DNA from: Octopus vulgaris
Taxonomy: Eukaryota
DNA length: 64,000 nucleotides
Direction: 5' to 3'
Assembly: GCA_951406725.2 (NCBI GenBank)
Contig: OX597821.1
Location: forward strand, 53,010,001 to 53,074,000
The notes below the pieces were generated by a model, which searched no databases, was not told the DNA's origin, and saw nothing but the letters and a program-made list of their open reading frames with translations. This document shows positions 1-13,709 of this stretch, piece after piece (positions within the stretch are counted from its first letter, which is position 1; each line of letters starts with the position of its first letter). Both the position numbers and the translations under genes were made by a program.

Positions 1-442
1 ATTATTATCACATGATAATATTAATTAGATAATGTTTTACATCGAGAAAAATGAGATAAAATTACTAAAAAAATTGTAAACTAATAATATTAATGTTTTA
101 GTACTAAATCAAATATCATGTAGTATAGAGAATTTTAGAAACAATAGGAATGTATGAACATATGTAAAAAAGTGAGAATAGATTTAAATATTGAAAACCT
201 AACCTCGATAACAGAGAGGATTGAAGATTGAGTAATCAAAATATACAAAAGTCAGATTACAGCGCAAAAATGTGTGTATGTGTATACATATAATTATATA
301 TACATATACAGTTGCCTGACGATCGGTTACATGCAACATTGAGTAGCAGTTTGTTAAGTCTTTTCAGTCTGTCTGTCTATCTATCTAGTTGTCTTGTCTG
401 TCTCTTTTTATTTATCTATCATATGTCTATTTATATATCTAT

Positions 443-505
<63 letters not shown>

Positions 506-1869
506 CATATATATATATATAGTGTGTGGGTGCGTGAGTGTGTGTGAAATGAGCCGAGATACCAGTATCTGAAAGATATAACACTGAGTCGAAATACAAG
601 GATAACCCCATGCACTTTTCTGCCTTTATTTCAGAATTTCAAGACAAACACTGGTTTAGGTCGAATACCATCATTCACTGGAACCAAAGTCGGATATGTT
701 TCACGGTGATTACTGAATTGGGTAGATATAGAAGCTCATTGTCTACACATCTCACCCTACTGTCTTGAAGGATACAGATTATATTGGACTTGAAGAATAC
801 AAATGCAAGATGGTTATGATTACATGTTTTAATTATCATTAAAAGTTAGTAATTTTTCTCATCAAATAGCGCCAACCTGTTCAGGATCAATGATAAATAA
901 GGTATCAAAATTATGTTATATCCTATCGATTCTTCCGTAAAAGCTAGCGTTGTGGTATATTAAATGAATGTATGTATCATCTTTTGGTTATAACAAGATA
1001 TCAATATCTTTATCAGCGTTGTCGCTATGGCCATCCTTCTCAGTACTATGAATGTTTTTGCAGTTATGTATCCATTGTCTCCAATACATGCTGAGCTATT
1101 GAAACAAAAACTAAAACTACATACAACAATCCACCATTGTGTTTATCACGGTTCTTAACTTGCTTTTTCTTACGCACGCCACTAACTCTTAATCTTTGGC
1201 ATTTATTATTTTCCTTTCTTCTTCGTTATGTATGCATATAAATATATATATATAAATATATATTTGTGTTTTCCTTTCTTCTTCGGTATGTATGTATGTA
1301 TATATATATATATATATTTGTGTTTGCACGCATGCACACATGTACGCACATATACGCATGTATTCAAGATTCTATGTATGTGCACATATACCTAGTGGAT
1401 ACAAAATCAAACACACACATATAAATACAAAAATGTTATGCCTATCCTTTTTTTATACGCCAACGTTTTTTATACTAATACTATGACAGGAAAAGTCATC
1501 CTCACCATCCATTCTTCCCCCACCTCATCCTCCTTCATATCATCGTCATCATCATCAATACTAACACGGCAACAATCACATTCTTTTACACGCAAAAACT
1601 TGCACAAAGTGCATCATGTTCCCGATTTTTAAAAATATATAAACGTACGGAGGATTGTAATGAATGTCTTTTTTCTAAAATTCAAGATGATGTTTCAGTG
1701 GAAAACTCTATGTAAGTCATCTTGACAGAGGTACATCACATTCATATTAATGTATTAACGCAGGACTCAAGAAATCCCCTTTCTATGCATATAGAGAATA
1801 TAAATACAGATTCCCACTTGCACATAAACACACATCTACATCCATAGATGTATCCATATATGTATCCAT

Positions 1870-2047
1870 AGGCGCAGACGTGGCTGCGTGGTAAGAAGCT
1901 TGCATACGCCGTGTTCAATCCCACTGCGTGGCATCTTGGGCAAGTATCTTCTTTTATAGCCTCGAGCAGAACAAAGCCTTGAGAGTTGATTTTATAGTAG
2001 ACAGAAACTGAAATAGCCCCGTCATATATATATATATATATATATAC

Positions 2048-2095
<48 letters not shown>

Positions 2096-2221
2096 CTGCG
2101 TTTGTCCACCCGCCATCGCTTGACAACCGGTGCTGGTGTGTTTATGTCCCACTAACTTAATTATTCGGCAAAAGTGATCTGATAGAATAAGTCCTGGGGT
2201 TGATTCCTTCGACTAAAAACC
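1870..2221 (+). mobile_element. tRNA-derived SINE family A (CORE-like centre, internal (TA)n(TG)n), diverged copy
   Basis: Head GGCGCAGACGTGGCTGCGTGGTAAG...GTTCAATCCC (A/B-box-like), then CTTGGGCAAGT. Collinear with the copies at 41019-41452 and 29794-30196. Confidence 0.85.
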
Positions 2222-2298
2222 ATACATATATATATATATATATATATATTCACACATACATACATACATACAAATATATACACATACATACATTCATA

Positions 2299-2380
<82 letters not shown>

Positions 2381-2420
2381 TGTGTTTGTGTGTGTGTATG
2401 TATGCATGTATGTATATATT

Positions 2421-2620
2421 TGTGTGTCTGTGTTTGTCCGCCCCGCCATCGCTTAACAACTGATGTTGGCGTGTTTATGTGAACGTAACTCAGTGGTTCG
2501 GCAAAAGATAATTAGAATGAGTACTAAGCTTATAAAGAATAAGTTCTGGGATTAATTTGTTCCACTAAAGGCGGTGTTCCTACATTGCCGTAGTGAAATG
2601 ACTGAAACAAATAAATGGGC
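2421..2620 (+). mobile_element. SINE family A, second 3' half
   Basis: TGTGTTTGTCCGCCCC...GCTTAACAACTGATG...AAAGGCGGTG...AAATGACTGAAACAA matches the 3' half of the 41019-41452 copy. Confidence 0.8.
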
Positions 2621-2656
2621 AAAAGGATAAAAGTATATATATATAAGTGTTTTCAT

Positions 2657-2702
<46 letters not shown>

Positions 2703-2803
2703 TACTTTCATTATATAGATATATATACACACATATATATAGAGAGAGAGACAGAGAGATACTGATATAAGTATATTGTTAGATATTCTTACGTATGTTT
2801 ATA

Positions 2804-2852
<49 letters not shown>

Positions 2853-3425
2853 TGACGCGTGATGGGTGCGTAAGCAAACAACAAATTGGTTAGTAATTGA
2901 GAATATTTTCGGACAAGGCTGACGCTAAAATCGTAAATCTTCTGTTCATTGTTCGATAGATTGTTTTCTGCGGATATGAAGCGATTAAAGAAAGTTTTTT
3001 CGTGAGGAGTTTGATATTCAGATTGGATTTACCAAGTTTTCAAGCCAATTGTAACTTTTCCTTCACTCATTTGTCCAACGTTTCTTCTCAAGGAAATATT
3101 GCATATTAAATTACTAGACAACTATCGGTATGATTCAATAAGATTTTCTGTTTATTCACAAGGTAGTTACTAGTTTGAGAAACTCGAATCTATTGGAATA
3201 ATAAAGTGCAAAAAATAACAGCTCTGAAAACGTGACAGTAGAGAGTCGAAACTGGTGGTGGGTATAAGACAAGATAAAGAGGAAAATAACGATAAGTAAA
3301 TAATAAAAATGATATTTATTAAAATTAGATACACAGTATGCCGTCGTGAACAGGAAAATATAATACATGACAGTGCATTTCCTTACGAGCTGATCATTTA
3401 TGCGATAGTATATCAACAAATAGCT

Positions 3426-4023
3426 GGCACGAGCTAACAGAATCGTTAGCACGCCGGGCGAAATGCGTAGCCGTATTTCGTCTGCCATTACGTTCTGAGT
3501 TTAAATTCCGCCGAGGTCGACTTTGCCTTTCATCCTTTCGGGGTCGATAAATTAAGTACCAGTTACGCGCTGGGGTTGATGTAATCGACTTAATCCGTTT
3601 GTCTGTCCTTGTTTGTCCTCTCTGTGTTTAGCCCCTTGTGGGTAATAAAGAAATAGGTATTTCGTCTGCCGCTACGTCGTGAGTTCAAATTCCGCCGAGG
3701 TCGACTTTGCCTTTCATCCTTTCGGGGTCGATTAAATAAGTACCAGTTACGCACTGGGGTCGATGTAATCGACTTAATCCCTTTGTCTGTCCTTGTTTGT
3801 CCCCTCTGTGCTTATCCCCTTGTGGGTAGTAAAGAAATAGGTATTTCGTTTGCTGTTACGTTCTCAGTTCAAATTCCGCCGAGGTCGACTTTGCCTTTCA
3901 TCCTTTCAGGGTCGATTAAACAAGTACCAGTTACGCACTGGGGTCGACGTAATCGACTTAATCCCTTTGTCTGTCCTTGTTTGTCTCCTCTATGTTTAGC
4001 CCCCTGTGGGCAATAAAGAAATA
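3426..4023 (+). mobile_element. tRNA-derived SINE family B (Meta-domain-like): one head plus three tandem 184-bp bodies
   Basis: GTATTTCGT starts recur at 3473, 3657 and 3841 (period 184). Each unit has GTCGACTTTGCCTTTCATCCTTTC.GGGTCGAT..AAGTACCAG. A monomer lies at 15087-15318 (-). Confidence 0.9.
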
Positions 4024-7000
4024 AATATAGTCCGTAGAAAAATAAATTTAAAAACAATAACTTTGGACGACAGCAAATATGACTTGCAATAAAATATGTT
4101 ATGATAAATGCATAATATACTTTTTCATCAATATTATTTTGTCTATTTTCCAATTGATAAGGGAGTAAAAGCGGTACATATTTTGCTTACCTGTAATTTA
4201 ACACTGTGTGTGTATGTTTCATACCAAACTGTTATTTCAGAAAAAAATAGCAACAAAATCACTATGTAAATGTACATGATTATTTAGAATTGATTAATTT
4301 GTATTAGAATTAACAATACCTTTGTTGACACTTGAAAATTTCTATTTGAAAGGCAGTTTATAGAATGAAAAAATCCCATGTTATTATACACAATAATTAC
4401 AACATTGTATATAAAGAATGCATTCCCAGTCTTAACGTTTATTTATAATTGGGAGAGTTTATGCTTGTTTTTCAGAGTTACCTCCGTACTATATTGCCTT
4501 ACTTGCTTCAATGAATCGCTAATTCAAAGCAACAGAACAAGTGGACGAATGAAAAGAGGCGCTACTGAGAAATAAATTAGTTTCAGAATCCGATTGTTTC
4601 TACATTACCTGTATCGGTCATTCGGAACAAATTTGAAAATATATAGTCATGTAAAGTTGCAACCAATATTTAATGATGCCAGCAGCTTTTGCGAGACAGC
4701 TGCTGTACATCTATTTAATTTTTATTGAACAAAACACTCAGCTTCATATTGACAAAGAGGCAATTTTAAATTTATCAACCAGATTCCTCTTCAAATAAGA
4801 GCACCACCGACATTGGTCTCCATCAAAGAAATATCTTTCGCTGAGGTAATGAATCTTGTAGAAAGTAGAACATAGAGTTAGTTGTTGCGTACGAATCAAA
4901 GACAGAAAACTGATGATGTTCATTGTAAATTTGAATGTTTTCCATGAAACATTTTCACTTCAATGCATCGATATAAACAATGCAAGCTGTAGTATAAACA
5001 CAAATGCTTTACTTTTTTAATCTTCAAACAATAGTCGGTTGCGGAAACCTATGATGTAAAGTGTCTTATAACCGCAACCATTCCATTTTTCTCGCTTTGC
5101 TAAAACTATGTACAATAGGCATACAGATTACAATTAGTGATTTAAAGGGTATTCGTGGATATTTCTAGCAGGTTGACCGACCGCACAGTGGCTTGTTTGA
5201 TACGCTACACGATTTACGGATATACTTAACTAAACTGGGGATTACAGTAAAGTCATTCCAAGTTAATTAAAAATGTAGCGACAAAATTCTATCATAAAGC
5301 GTATGTTAAAATGCACGTTGAAATGATACATTGACAAAACCACTGCTTCTTCAAGTTCGGTGTAAACATGTTACAACTTGATAGTAAGGTTTGAATCTTA
5401 TTATCTTTGTGCTTGCTTCAGTCATTTGACTGTAGTCATACTGGGGCACCACTTTCTCAAAGATGATATTATAAGGAGCCTCACGATGCCAATAATCCTT
5501 TCTTAGTTTGGCACAAGGCCTGCAATTCCGAGGAGTGAATAACTTCGTCGGAGCCAAGAATATGAAGTGCATATATATAATATATATATAAAGTTCATAT
5601 ATGAAGTTCATAAGGAATTTGTTTATTCCTGTGTCATCACATATGATTTCAGAAAGGAGGACATTTTCATTCATGATCAGAGGTTTAGTGATATTTGAAA
5701 TTAGAATTAAGACATTTTTAGTAACTTGTTTATGTGTGATGCAAGTAAATGGAAGTTTAGAGCAAATGTGTTAAACACTCACATATAGGCAGACACATGC
5801 CTACACATATATGTAAATTTGAATGATTTGTTAGCGGTATAACTGTCTTCAAGTGGTCCATAATACATATTTGTGTTTTGGAGTTCATCTGACAATGTAT
5901 GGTGTAATGAGAACTTACTTCTGCAGGAGGTCTGAATACTAAACTCCAAGACAGCAGCAATTCTTTCAATCAACCGACATTTCTCTTTTGCTAACTTTTA
6001 CCAATCAAATACATTTTAAGAATTTGTATGAAACATTTCAAGAAGTAGTTCAACCAAATGTTATTCCTGGAATTCGTCCAAATCCATGGTGACAGTTTTA
6101 GCGCAACAACAACAAAATGGAATCAGTGTGAATAGATTCAACAACCTGAGTTTGAAAATCAGTCTTTCATTTTGCATGCAAAACAGTATTTACCTTTATT
6201 TGATGTATTAAGATATAATTCTTTTGATAAAGAATATTCGTATGTTTTCCATGAAATCTCTCAACATTCCAAACGCAATGGTTAAATGCCAAATGGCATC
6301 AACATGAGATTCAATATAAGAAACTTCTGTCAGTACTGCATTAGTGTAACATTAAAACATCGGAAAACTATTTTAAATAGTAGTTAAAAAGAAAGTATTC
6401 GACTACAGACAAAGAGAGACAGAGAGAGAGAAACCAGAAACAAAACCCAAACGAAACAGACACGACGATATTCAGTTGGCTTAAGTATGTTTTTAGGTTA
6501 AAAATCTAACTATAATTATTCTGTTTCATAAATTAAAGTTGTATACATAATGATGAGGGAAAAAAACATTCATACATTAATAAATTACTCTGCTCAATAA
6601 GGTCTAGAGAAAAAACAAACTCGGGAAATATACATATATTAATTAAAATAGAACAAATAATGAATGCCATGATGTGAACAATGCGAATAATATTTAACTC
6701 GTTCAGGTACCAAATGTTGTACGTGTTATGTAAAATGAAGCTGTTGTTGTTTCTAAGATTGATGCATCGTTTGGTGTTGTTTTTATTATAGATTATCACA
6801 AATTATTTCTTCTTCATGATGCGTGAATGTTAAGTGGGGGATGAAATAACATTTGAATGAATACTGTAGATTCCTCTTTCTAACTTTTGAGGTGAATTCC
6901 CACAGAGATCAATGAGATTGATATAACCCCAATAAAATATGAACACATGATTTAGTATGAGCGAATGTCCTAGAAAGTTGACATATTTCTAATTCTCGCT

Positions 7001-7399
7001 TATAAACCTAGGCTGAGAGCCCTTTTCATGAATATTCTTTAATTAGTTATTGCTATAATATTAAGTTGTGAATCCAAGGACGTCCAAACCATGACTAGCA
7101 CATCTTATGTCAAACTGAAATTGTCGACCTGGAATTGCTTGTTCAGCAAACGGCAGCGTTCGATCTGAAAAAAGAGTTGGCAGATGTCGCGATTGTAGCT
7201 ATAATAATTTTTATATTGCAAACATTGACTGAGTAAGATTTAAATGATTGTAAATTATTTTTTTTTTTGTACTTTGTGCATACATTTTAACACTATTGGT
7301 ACCTCTGTAGACAGTAAACATATATATACTCTCTCGATAACTACAGCGACCATCAAATAATTGTATTTAATGCAGCATAAGACCATGAATCTGGAAGTG

Positions 7400-7563
7400 G
7401 ATGAAATTGATTTCAGTAATTGTGAGGTATATAATTTTGTTTAACACAGAAAGATAAAGGGCAAAGTTAAGCATAGTGGGATCTGAACTCAAGAGTAAAG
7501 AACAGAACAAAATAACAGATAGCATTTTCTTCGATGATCTTACGATAGAGCCAGCTCACTGCC
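7400..7563 (-). mobile_element. SINE family B, old degenerate copy
   Basis: Reverse complement gives GGCAGTGAGCTGGC...GAGTTCAGATCCC...AACTTTGCCCTTTATCTTTC, a decayed match to family B. Confidence 0.55.
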
Positions 7564-9218
7564 GTTGACACAAACTTTGTAATAGATAGTAGTGACGGCG
7601 TAGAGTCAAATATAGTCAAGCGGAAGTTGAGAAGTTAGAAGTTTGCGCTGTCGTGTATGAGAAGTAGTCGATAAGCAGAATTGTTAGAAATTATCCAGCG
7701 TATATGTTTCAGCCTTTACGCCCAAATTTCACCTGACACGACACTGATGATAAGGAGCAGAGGCTCATGCGTTTTTCTTTCACAAGATCGGTGGGATGGG
7801 AAATAAACTCTTGCTCTGTATACTGAAATACACATATATATCACTCACGCCCAAAACACACACACACATACACACACACATTTATACATGCATACATGCG
7901 TATACATTCATTCATACAGAAAAAAACATCATAACATATATTGTGATATAAAGTGTTCCATCATAACACTGCATCCATCAATAAACTGTGATTTATTCTT
8001 ACGTTATAAGACACTAACTCTGGTGGCGTGGGGTAAACTTCAGAAAAATCACTGAGATGGCATAACTTCTAATGGTTGAATTATACAAGTAGATAATAGA
8101 CGCGGGAATGTTGATTACTTTAAATAGTTGAATATATAAGGCTAAATGATATAGATATGGATGTATGCTTCAGTATTTCTCTTATTAACTACGTGGCTTT
8201 GTATTCAGTCACTTTGTGTGCAACCTTGACGAATTGTCCTGTGCATGTATATATCATTGACTGACGTATATCATTCACGTGTGTAAATGTTATGAAGGAA
8301 GCTGAAATACAAGAAGAGCTGTCTCCTAAGTTTGTTCACGCTTCTCAGTGTCATTGATGCATGGAACCAAGGATTGGTTCGAACAGCGAAGATGTATATC
8401 ATTTGCGATACAAAGAAAGGTTGCTTGATAGGCAACAGGAATAATATCCATAATATCTGTGTGTATATTATCTACACGAAGTCGTATGTCTACGCATTTT
8501 CAATGAAATTGGTTTGTTATATGTTACAAAGGCGCGCTGAGTGAAAAAGGAAACTCTACATGTCATGAAAATACCTCAGAAGTTTCATACATCAAATTAA
8601 GAACTTTCAAAGTATTTCATCAACTGAAATTGTGCGATGGAGAAACCTACAACCAAGAGCAGAAGTTGTGTTTTGAAGATTTAATTTGAATATTCAAAAT
8701 ATCAGTAGTAACTGTATATATATCCAATGCAAGATAACGACATTAACGCTGTACATAAATCAGTATTATTAATATATTCATATGAACGACGTTAAACTTT
8801 TCAAAACATCTGCAGCCATGTCTTTCAAAGGTAATATATGTACTTTGTTGTAAACGTAGAATGTCTACAAGTGATGACTTCAAGCATCTCATGGGAACAT
8901 TCTTCATTACAGAGTTTCTTCTTCTTCAATAAGCATGCACAACACTATTTATATAAATATATATGTATATATGTACATACATACATATACACACATGCAC
9001 ATATATATACATATATATATATATGTATATATATATGTATATATATATATATATGTGTGTGTGTTTGTGTGTGTGTGTGAGTATTTGAAGTATTGATCAG
9101 GTGAGTTTTCTTCAGATTATATCGATAAAAATTCAATTTCAAACGGATTAATGAATATTCTATGTCCACTTTCTGAAATTATATACCCATGATGAATGTG
9201 CCGAAAACCCACACACAC

Positions 9219-9280
<62 letters not shown>

Positions 9281-9629
9281 TATGACAATATTAATATTCT
9301 AGAGCTTATAGAAATGTATTTGAAGTACACTGTTCAGCTATCTCACTACAGTTGTAAATTGCAAAACTTAACTGTCGCCACTACAACATGAACCTGAAGA
9401 TTGCATAGTTTAATGCATGAGATTACTAGCTCTATCAGAATGGATATTACAATTTCATTATATTATATTATCTTCTATTATATTATCATAAGATTATAAA
9501 GTTCGAGCCTTGTGCTTAGAATAGAAAGGTTTATAAGATTGTAAATAAAACGTGAAAATGAGAATTTTGAATTTCTTTGAGGAATATATTCTTCTATACA
9601 CAATCAATCATACACACCTGTGCATCTAC

Positions 9630-9705
<76 letters not shown>

Positions 9706-9712
9706 ATATCTA

Positions 9713-9762
<50 letters not shown>
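9630..9762. repeat. (TATC)n followed by (TA)n compound microsatellite
   Basis: Direct reading. Similar (TATC)n tracts at about 26941-27032 and 38573-38700. Confidence 0.95.
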
Positions 9763-9765
<3 letters not shown>

Positions 9766-10039
9766 GTGAAGGCACGTGGCTTAATGGTTGCAATATTCGG
9801 CTTACAATCTTAAGGTCGTGAGTTCAGTTGCCGGCGACGCGTTGTGTCCTTGGACAAGACGTTGAACATGAGTAGCACCTGTATTTTAAACGGCCAGCCT
9901 TGTCACATTCTCTGTAACGCGAATCTTCATGAGAACTTCGTTTCCGTGAAGTGCTCAACCACTTTCACGTTAATTTCATGAGCAGGCTGTTCCGTTGCTT
10001 GAATCAGCTGGGACCCTCGTCATCACAACCGACGGATTG

Positions 10040-10040
<1 letters not shown>
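9766..10040 (+). mobile_element. tRNA-derived SINE family C
   Basis: GTGGCTTAATGG A-box-like and GAGTTCAGT B-box-like motifs, then GTTGTGTCCTTGGACAAGAC. The 3' part (CACGTTAATTTCA.GAGCAGGCTGTTCCGTTG...AACCGACGGA) is shared with 62691-62970. Flanked by (TA)n. Confidence 0.8.
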
Positions 10041-10103
<63 letters not shown>

Positions 10104-10154
10104 ATATATATGTATGTGCATATATATATATATGTTTATATATGTATATATATA

Positions 10155-10194
<40 letters not shown>

Positions 10195-11767
10195 CGTTTA
10201 TATACGCAATATATGTGTATATACAGACATATATACGTTTGAATGTGTTGTGTGTGTGAGTGTATGTATCTGCAGGTGCATGCGTATGGTTGTGGGATCT
10301 ATGTACATTTATCAACAGAATGTGCTTCTATATAATCTTTATCTCGTTGTTCATCTTTTATTAGTTTATATTATTTCCATCAGAGATATAACGAATTGAT
10401 TTCCCGCATTGTCAATTACAAAATAAAGAAAATAAATAAACAAAATAAACGCAAATAAAAATAATATAAAAATCGATCTGATTGAAAGTAGGAATATACC
10501 AAATATGACTTGTCACGAACACTCTAGTAGGTTAGTTTCATAGTAAATGAATATTAGTTTGTGGCCAGGATATTTACTTCGCCTACCCAACAATCTTTTT
10601 GTATCTCGTAATTCGAACATCAATTCCTCTTTTTCAGTGCATAGTCTCATAATGTAATAACGTAATGAATTACGTTATTTTTCTACATTGTTTTTTGATC
10701 TTTTAGAAATAATTCCGTCTGGCGGATTCATCAATATATTTTCTAGACTGAGCGTTTACAATCGGTGTATTACATTTGATTTCCACATGATTAAAAAATT
10801 AAGTTTCTATTTTTTATATCCCTCATCAGCTTCTATGGAGATATAATTAACACAGATTATTGATTGACTGGTTGATAGTTTTTTCGTTGCAAAGCAGCTT
10901 TGATGAAGATGACATATATAATCATATACATTTAAATCATTACCATCCCTTCCCATCCCATCTCATCCCATTACATCCTTTTCTATATCCAGGACGATTT
11001 TGTACGCTTACCAGACTACATGATTAGGATATGTTTGGGATAGATCTAGCAAGCCTTGCGATCACGTGGTGTTTCATTTATTGGTGTCATAAATATCAAT
11101 TTTTCACTGAAGTACAAGGTTAGTTTTAGGACATCATTTATCGCCTTTTACAGATTTTGGGACAGGCGGTTTTTAAAAAATAGCAATTTGGGAGAGGGAA
11201 GTGTAAATAAGCATATACGTTTAGTCTTGGTCGGGAAGCTTACATTTTCCACATAGCTTTTAGAATGCTCACTAAGTTTATACCTTCTTCCACGATTTTA
11301 CCCTCTCTTCCTCTTATTAAAATTTTTTCCTTGCTCCTCTGACGTAGAATATATTACTGTACATATTTGCATATTGTCCTAGAATAGAAAAAAACTGATG
11401 AATGGAGTATTGAAAATCCGAACTTACAATAATTGTTAGATATTTCTTTATTTCTCAGCACAATATATGTTATAGAAGTAAATTTTCCTAGTATGCATAA
11501 TCTTATTGAAAATAGCAGTAAATGCGGACGTTTAGCTATAGCCAGATGAAATATTAAAAGCGAATATCGACATATTCTTCTATATAAAATGTATATGGAA
11601 CTATTATACTAAAGAAAGGAAAATATAGTTTTCACAAAAAATACAGCCTGCTGTAGATATCAAGAATAAACAATTTATCGGAGAAAATGTAATAATGAAT
11701 GATTTACAAAGTAATTCTAAATATTTTGATATGTTTTACAAAGAAGTAGTTATAAAATACATACATG

Positions 11768-11834
<67 letters not shown>

Positions 11835-12450
11835 ATGTGTGTAATCTTTACACTCATACGCACTCACATGAAGAGAAAGAAATATATATAAGTATATATA
11901 TGCGTAAAGCATATATTTTTGTTATATATTGTATGTAATATGTATAATCTCTATGCATGTTATATACATAATATATTATATTTTCATGTGTGTACGCTTG
12001 TCTGTATATGTGCGTGTAGTTTTAAATATGCGCGACAACTTTGATTTGGCTTACTTTATACTAGGAATTTTAGAAGATTTTTACTTGGAAGTATATTCTT
12101 AATGTTTGGAGAGTATAGACACACATACTTAGATACAACTAAACACGTATAAATGTGCGTAGACATGAATATATTTGCACACACACACACACACGCACGC
12201 ACACACACACAATGACACACACATACACACACAAACACATGCGGGCATTGTTTTATAAATTGGATTATATTTTACTCTTCGTTAAACCCAAACAATGGTT
12301 TTACTGCCGTGAAACCAGGATTTTCTACACCTGAAGAATTTTGGTATTAGCCTAGAAACCAACAGCATTGATAGCTCAGATCTCAGGTTGAGCGGATTCA
12401 TTCAAAGTTTATTTATAACCTACCAGGTAATTATGTATATATATATATAT

Positions 12451-12936
12451 AATGATAAATCTCAGAGCGAGTTATAAACAGTAGCGGTAACATATCGTGA
12501 CGTATATTTGCCATTTGAATATGGCTAACCCCTAAGGGTGGATGCTACAGGGTTAGCCATATTCAAATGGCAAATATACGTCACGATGTGTTACCGCTAC
12601 TGTTTATAACTCGCTCTGAGATTTATCATTGTTTGATTTCACTTTTTGAATATCAGTGTCAATCGATACTGGAAAAAGTATATGTATTTGTGAGGGAAAC
12701 TGACTTCTCATCGATAACTATGATTGTCACACGCCAATGATAGGTCAATACCTTGAAACTCGAAACCGTGTGTATCATAAGTTGAAGACGGGAAGGATGA
12801 CTTCCCTTCACAAATACTGATAGGGCACAGAAAGTGTGTCTATAGCCAGCTGGAGGAGGTGTCTTGCTGGGGCTACAAACTACAGTAGCATCCATCCTTA
12901 GAAGTTAGCCATATTCAAATGGCAAATATACGTCAC
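12451..12936 (+). mobile_element. Short PLE-like non-coding element with 81-bp inverted arms and a degenerate HHR (12728-12772)
   Basis: 12451-12531 is the near-perfect reverse complement of 12550-12630. About 12886-12936 repeats 12498-12548 in reverse. CACACG-CCAATGA-T-AGGT/ACCT-T-GAAAC...CGTGTG. (TA)n on both sides. Confidence 0.6.
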
Positions 12937-13016
12937 TATATATATATATACATACGGTAAATATGAAAACATTCAAGTATGTCTATTTATTTAAATGTAT
13001 TGGATGAATGTACACA

Positions 13017-13540
13017 CATGTATGATTTAAACAGATTAGCGTGTAGGAAAAGCTGGTAACTGTATAGTCAAGGGTGTGAATACATATAAGTATATAGAAG
13101 CAACTGAGCAACTAAGCAAAAATATAACTGGGCGTGCTGGTACAAGTTCCTTACGGCCGTTTCTGCCAAGAAGCAACAAAATCTTTCAGGTTATCTCCAT
13201 CACTTCATTGTAATGCAGGGATGAACAGACAAGGCTTGGATAAGGGATGTGCTCCTAGGCTTCTTCACATAAATGTCAATTAGACTCTCTGAAGAAACCT
13301 AGCGGCACATCTATTATCCAAGCTTTGTTTGTTCATTCCTGCATAACATTGAAGTGATGGTGATAACCTGATAGATTTTGTTGCCTCTTGGCAGAAACGG
13401 CCGTAAGGAATCAATACCTGCACACCCATTTATATTTTTGCTCATTTGCTCAATTGTTTCTATATACTTAAATATATTTACACCCTTGTCTATGCAGTTA
13501 CCATCAATTTCCACACGCTAATCTGTGTAACTCATATATG
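13017..13540. repeat. Long imperfect inverted repeat (~250-bp arms) made of two HHR-bearing element ends
   Basis: Arms are reverse complements, e.g. TTCCTTACGGCCGTTTCTGCCAAG at ~13147 vs CTTGGCAGAAACGGCCGTAAGGAA at ~13387. Spacer about 13268-13289. Confidence 0.9.
13285..13409 (+). ncRNA. Hammerhead-ribozyme-like motif with ~100-nt stem II
   Basis: CTGAAGA at 13289-13295, GAAAC-GGCC-GTA at 13394-13405 (palindromic ACGGCCGT stem III). Stem II base CCTAGCGGCAC-ATCTAT / ATAGAT..GTTGCCTCTTGG. Stem I is weak (TCT/AGG). Confidence 0.55.
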
Positions 13541-13678
13541 TTAATGAAGCAAAATTAAGTGGGAGATGGCATGGTATTACAAGTTCGATAGCAGTTTCTG
13601 GAGGCCCGAAATTAGTTCATAATTTTACAGATGCTGTCCACAGAATCTCATATGTTGATTCTCTCTCTCTATGGATGG

Positions 13679-13709
<31 letters not shown>

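Noticed and set aside
9394-9430. CTGAAGA-T-TGCAT/ATGCA-T-GAGA possible hammerhead
   Set aside because: The GAAA core is mutated and stem I is not recoverable; at most a decayed copy, so not annotated as a feature.
10795-10835. Minus-strand CTGATGAGGG...GAAAC, and similar strings at ~11396, ~12331 and ~32943
   Set aside because: Stem II and/or stem I do not pair convincingly; compatible with chance.
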